Shown: positions 63,403 to 64,000 of the stretch, in pieces
Layout: every line of letters begins with the position of its first letter
Position numbering within the stretch: the stretch's first letter is position 1
The notes under the pieces: model-generated
Database searches by the model: none
What the model was told of the DNA's origin: nothing
What the model saw: only the letters and a program-made list of their open reading frames with translations
Assembly (NCBI GenBank): GCA_965216725.1
Contig: CBDCGI010000022.1
Location: 147,222-211,221, forward strand
Source of the DNA: Acidimicrobiia bacterium
Lineage (GTDB): Bacteria > Actinomycetota > Acidimicrobiia > Spongiisociales > ZC4RG35
Direction: 5' to 3'
Length of the DNA stretch: 64,000 nucleotides
Made by a program: the position numbers and the translations under genes

Positions 63403-63416
63403 TGCAATCGATTGTA
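63403..63416. promoter_or_regulatory. LacI-type operator, site C
   Basis: TGCAATCGATTGTA matches the palindrome at 13 of 14 positions. It lies in the divergent region between RidA (start 63326) and the LacI-family gene (start 63480). Confidence 0.5.
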
Positions 63417-63479
63417 GGCGTGTTGGCTTCTGCCATTTGCCGAGGTGGCGCGGAGGGCCCGTTAGGTACACTGCGCGTG

Positions 63480-64000
63480 ATGCCACGCCCAACCCTGAAG
63501 GATGTTGCCGACGACGCCGGGGTCCATATATCGACTGCTTCTAGAGCGCTCAATCCGGCGACGGCCTCAGTCGTGCATCCTGAAACCGTGGAAAAGGTGG
63601 TCACGGCTGCGCGGAGGCTCAAGTATCGGCCACACCCCATCGCCCGGGGTCTCCGGACGAGCAAATCGATGGCGGTCGGAATGGTGATTCCCGATGTCGA
63701 GAACCCTCTTTTTGGACCGATCATCGCTGGGGCAGAATCGACATTGATGGAAGACGGGTACTCGGTCTACGTGGTAAATGCGGACCGGGGGATTGAGCAC
63801 GCGGAAGCGGGTATCGCAGGGATGGTCGATCGTCACGTCGACGGCCTCATTGTGGCGACAGCGACGCGCGACGGCATCGGACTCGGAACCGCCTCCAGTC
63901 GTGACCGACAGTCAGTTCCGATCGTCTTGGTCAATCGTTCGGTGGACGATGATTCGATACCAGCCATCGTCGGTGACGATCATGCCGGAATTGGCCTCGC
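63480..64000 (+). CDS. LacI-family transcriptional regulator (3'-truncated by the window end)
   Basis: Hand translation from ATG 63480 gives MPRPTLKDVADDAGVHISTASRALN...ETVEKVVTAARRLKYRPHPIARGLRTSKSMAVGMVIPDVENPLF... The frame is open to base 64000. This ORF is not in the supplied track because no stop falls inside the window. Confidence 0.8.
   Translation, partial: MPRPTLKDVADDAGVHISTASRALNPATASVVHPETVEKVVTAARRLKYRPHPIARGLRTSKSMAVGMVIPDVENPLFGPIIAGAESTLMEDGYSVYVVNADRGIEHAEAGIAGMVDRHVDGLIVATATRDGIGLGTASSRDRQSVPIVLVNRSVDDDSIPAIVGDDHAGIGL

Noticed and set aside
1-64000. CRISPR arrays, tRNA/rRNA genes, IS elements, integrases, phage or conjugation genes
   Set aside because: I found no regularly spaced short repeats, no cloverleaf-like segments in the few intergenic gaps, and no transposase, recombinase or phage-like translations in any frame. 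This was an inspection by eye only, so small ncRNAs could be missed.

Overview
The window is GC-rich and almost entirely coding. I count about 58 protein genes, and the gene content looks Actinomycetota-like (possibly Acidimicrobiia-type), though that taxon guess is weak. I found no rRNA, tRNA, CRISPR array, transposase, integrase or phage genes by eye. All protein calls come from motifs read in the supplied translations. No database search was possible.

Layout:
- 1-11.5 kb: two tandem giant zinc-ribbon/cyclase/AAA/TPR proteins, an ATP-dependent DNA ligase, a nitroreductase, rpiB and a membrane cupredoxin.
- 11.6-28.3 kb: one long minus-strand array. It holds a family-5 SBP, two LVIVD beta-propeller paralogs, a stand-alone Mo-hydroxylase large subunit, an amidohydrolase_2, DppBCDF-like ABC genes, an HMGL-like enzyme, GntR, FAH, MFS and TauE.
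- 28.3-50.5 kb: a mixed region with five more class III cyclase fusions, gldA, an amidase, a BNR-propeller membrane protein, a GT2 and a 5'-nucleotidase.
- 50.5-51.4 kb: an XRE-HTH plus nucleotidyltransferase-fold pair, TA-like, behind an AT-rich palindrome.
- 51.4-64 kb: a catabolic cluster. It holds a sugar-type ABC importer, an adenine-deaminase-family enzyme, an HIBADH-like dehydrogenase, CMD, an M24 hydrolase, E1 alpha/beta, TauE, RidA and LacI. A 14-bp LacI-type palindrome occurs four times across it.

Observations most worth a second look:
1. A three-member family of about 50-75-nt palindromic elements, each immediately 5' of a minus-strand start codon. Two near-identical copies bracket a cyclase-STAND plus ABM module.
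2. Seven cyclase-homology-domain genes in six different fusion architectures.
3. Two cytoplasmic LVIVD propellers translationally coupled inside an importer/catabolic operon.
4. Two frame breaks, each repaired by adding one base to a short G/C run (probable assembly errors).
5. Several gene remnants.

I could not support a canonical defence system or mobile element.
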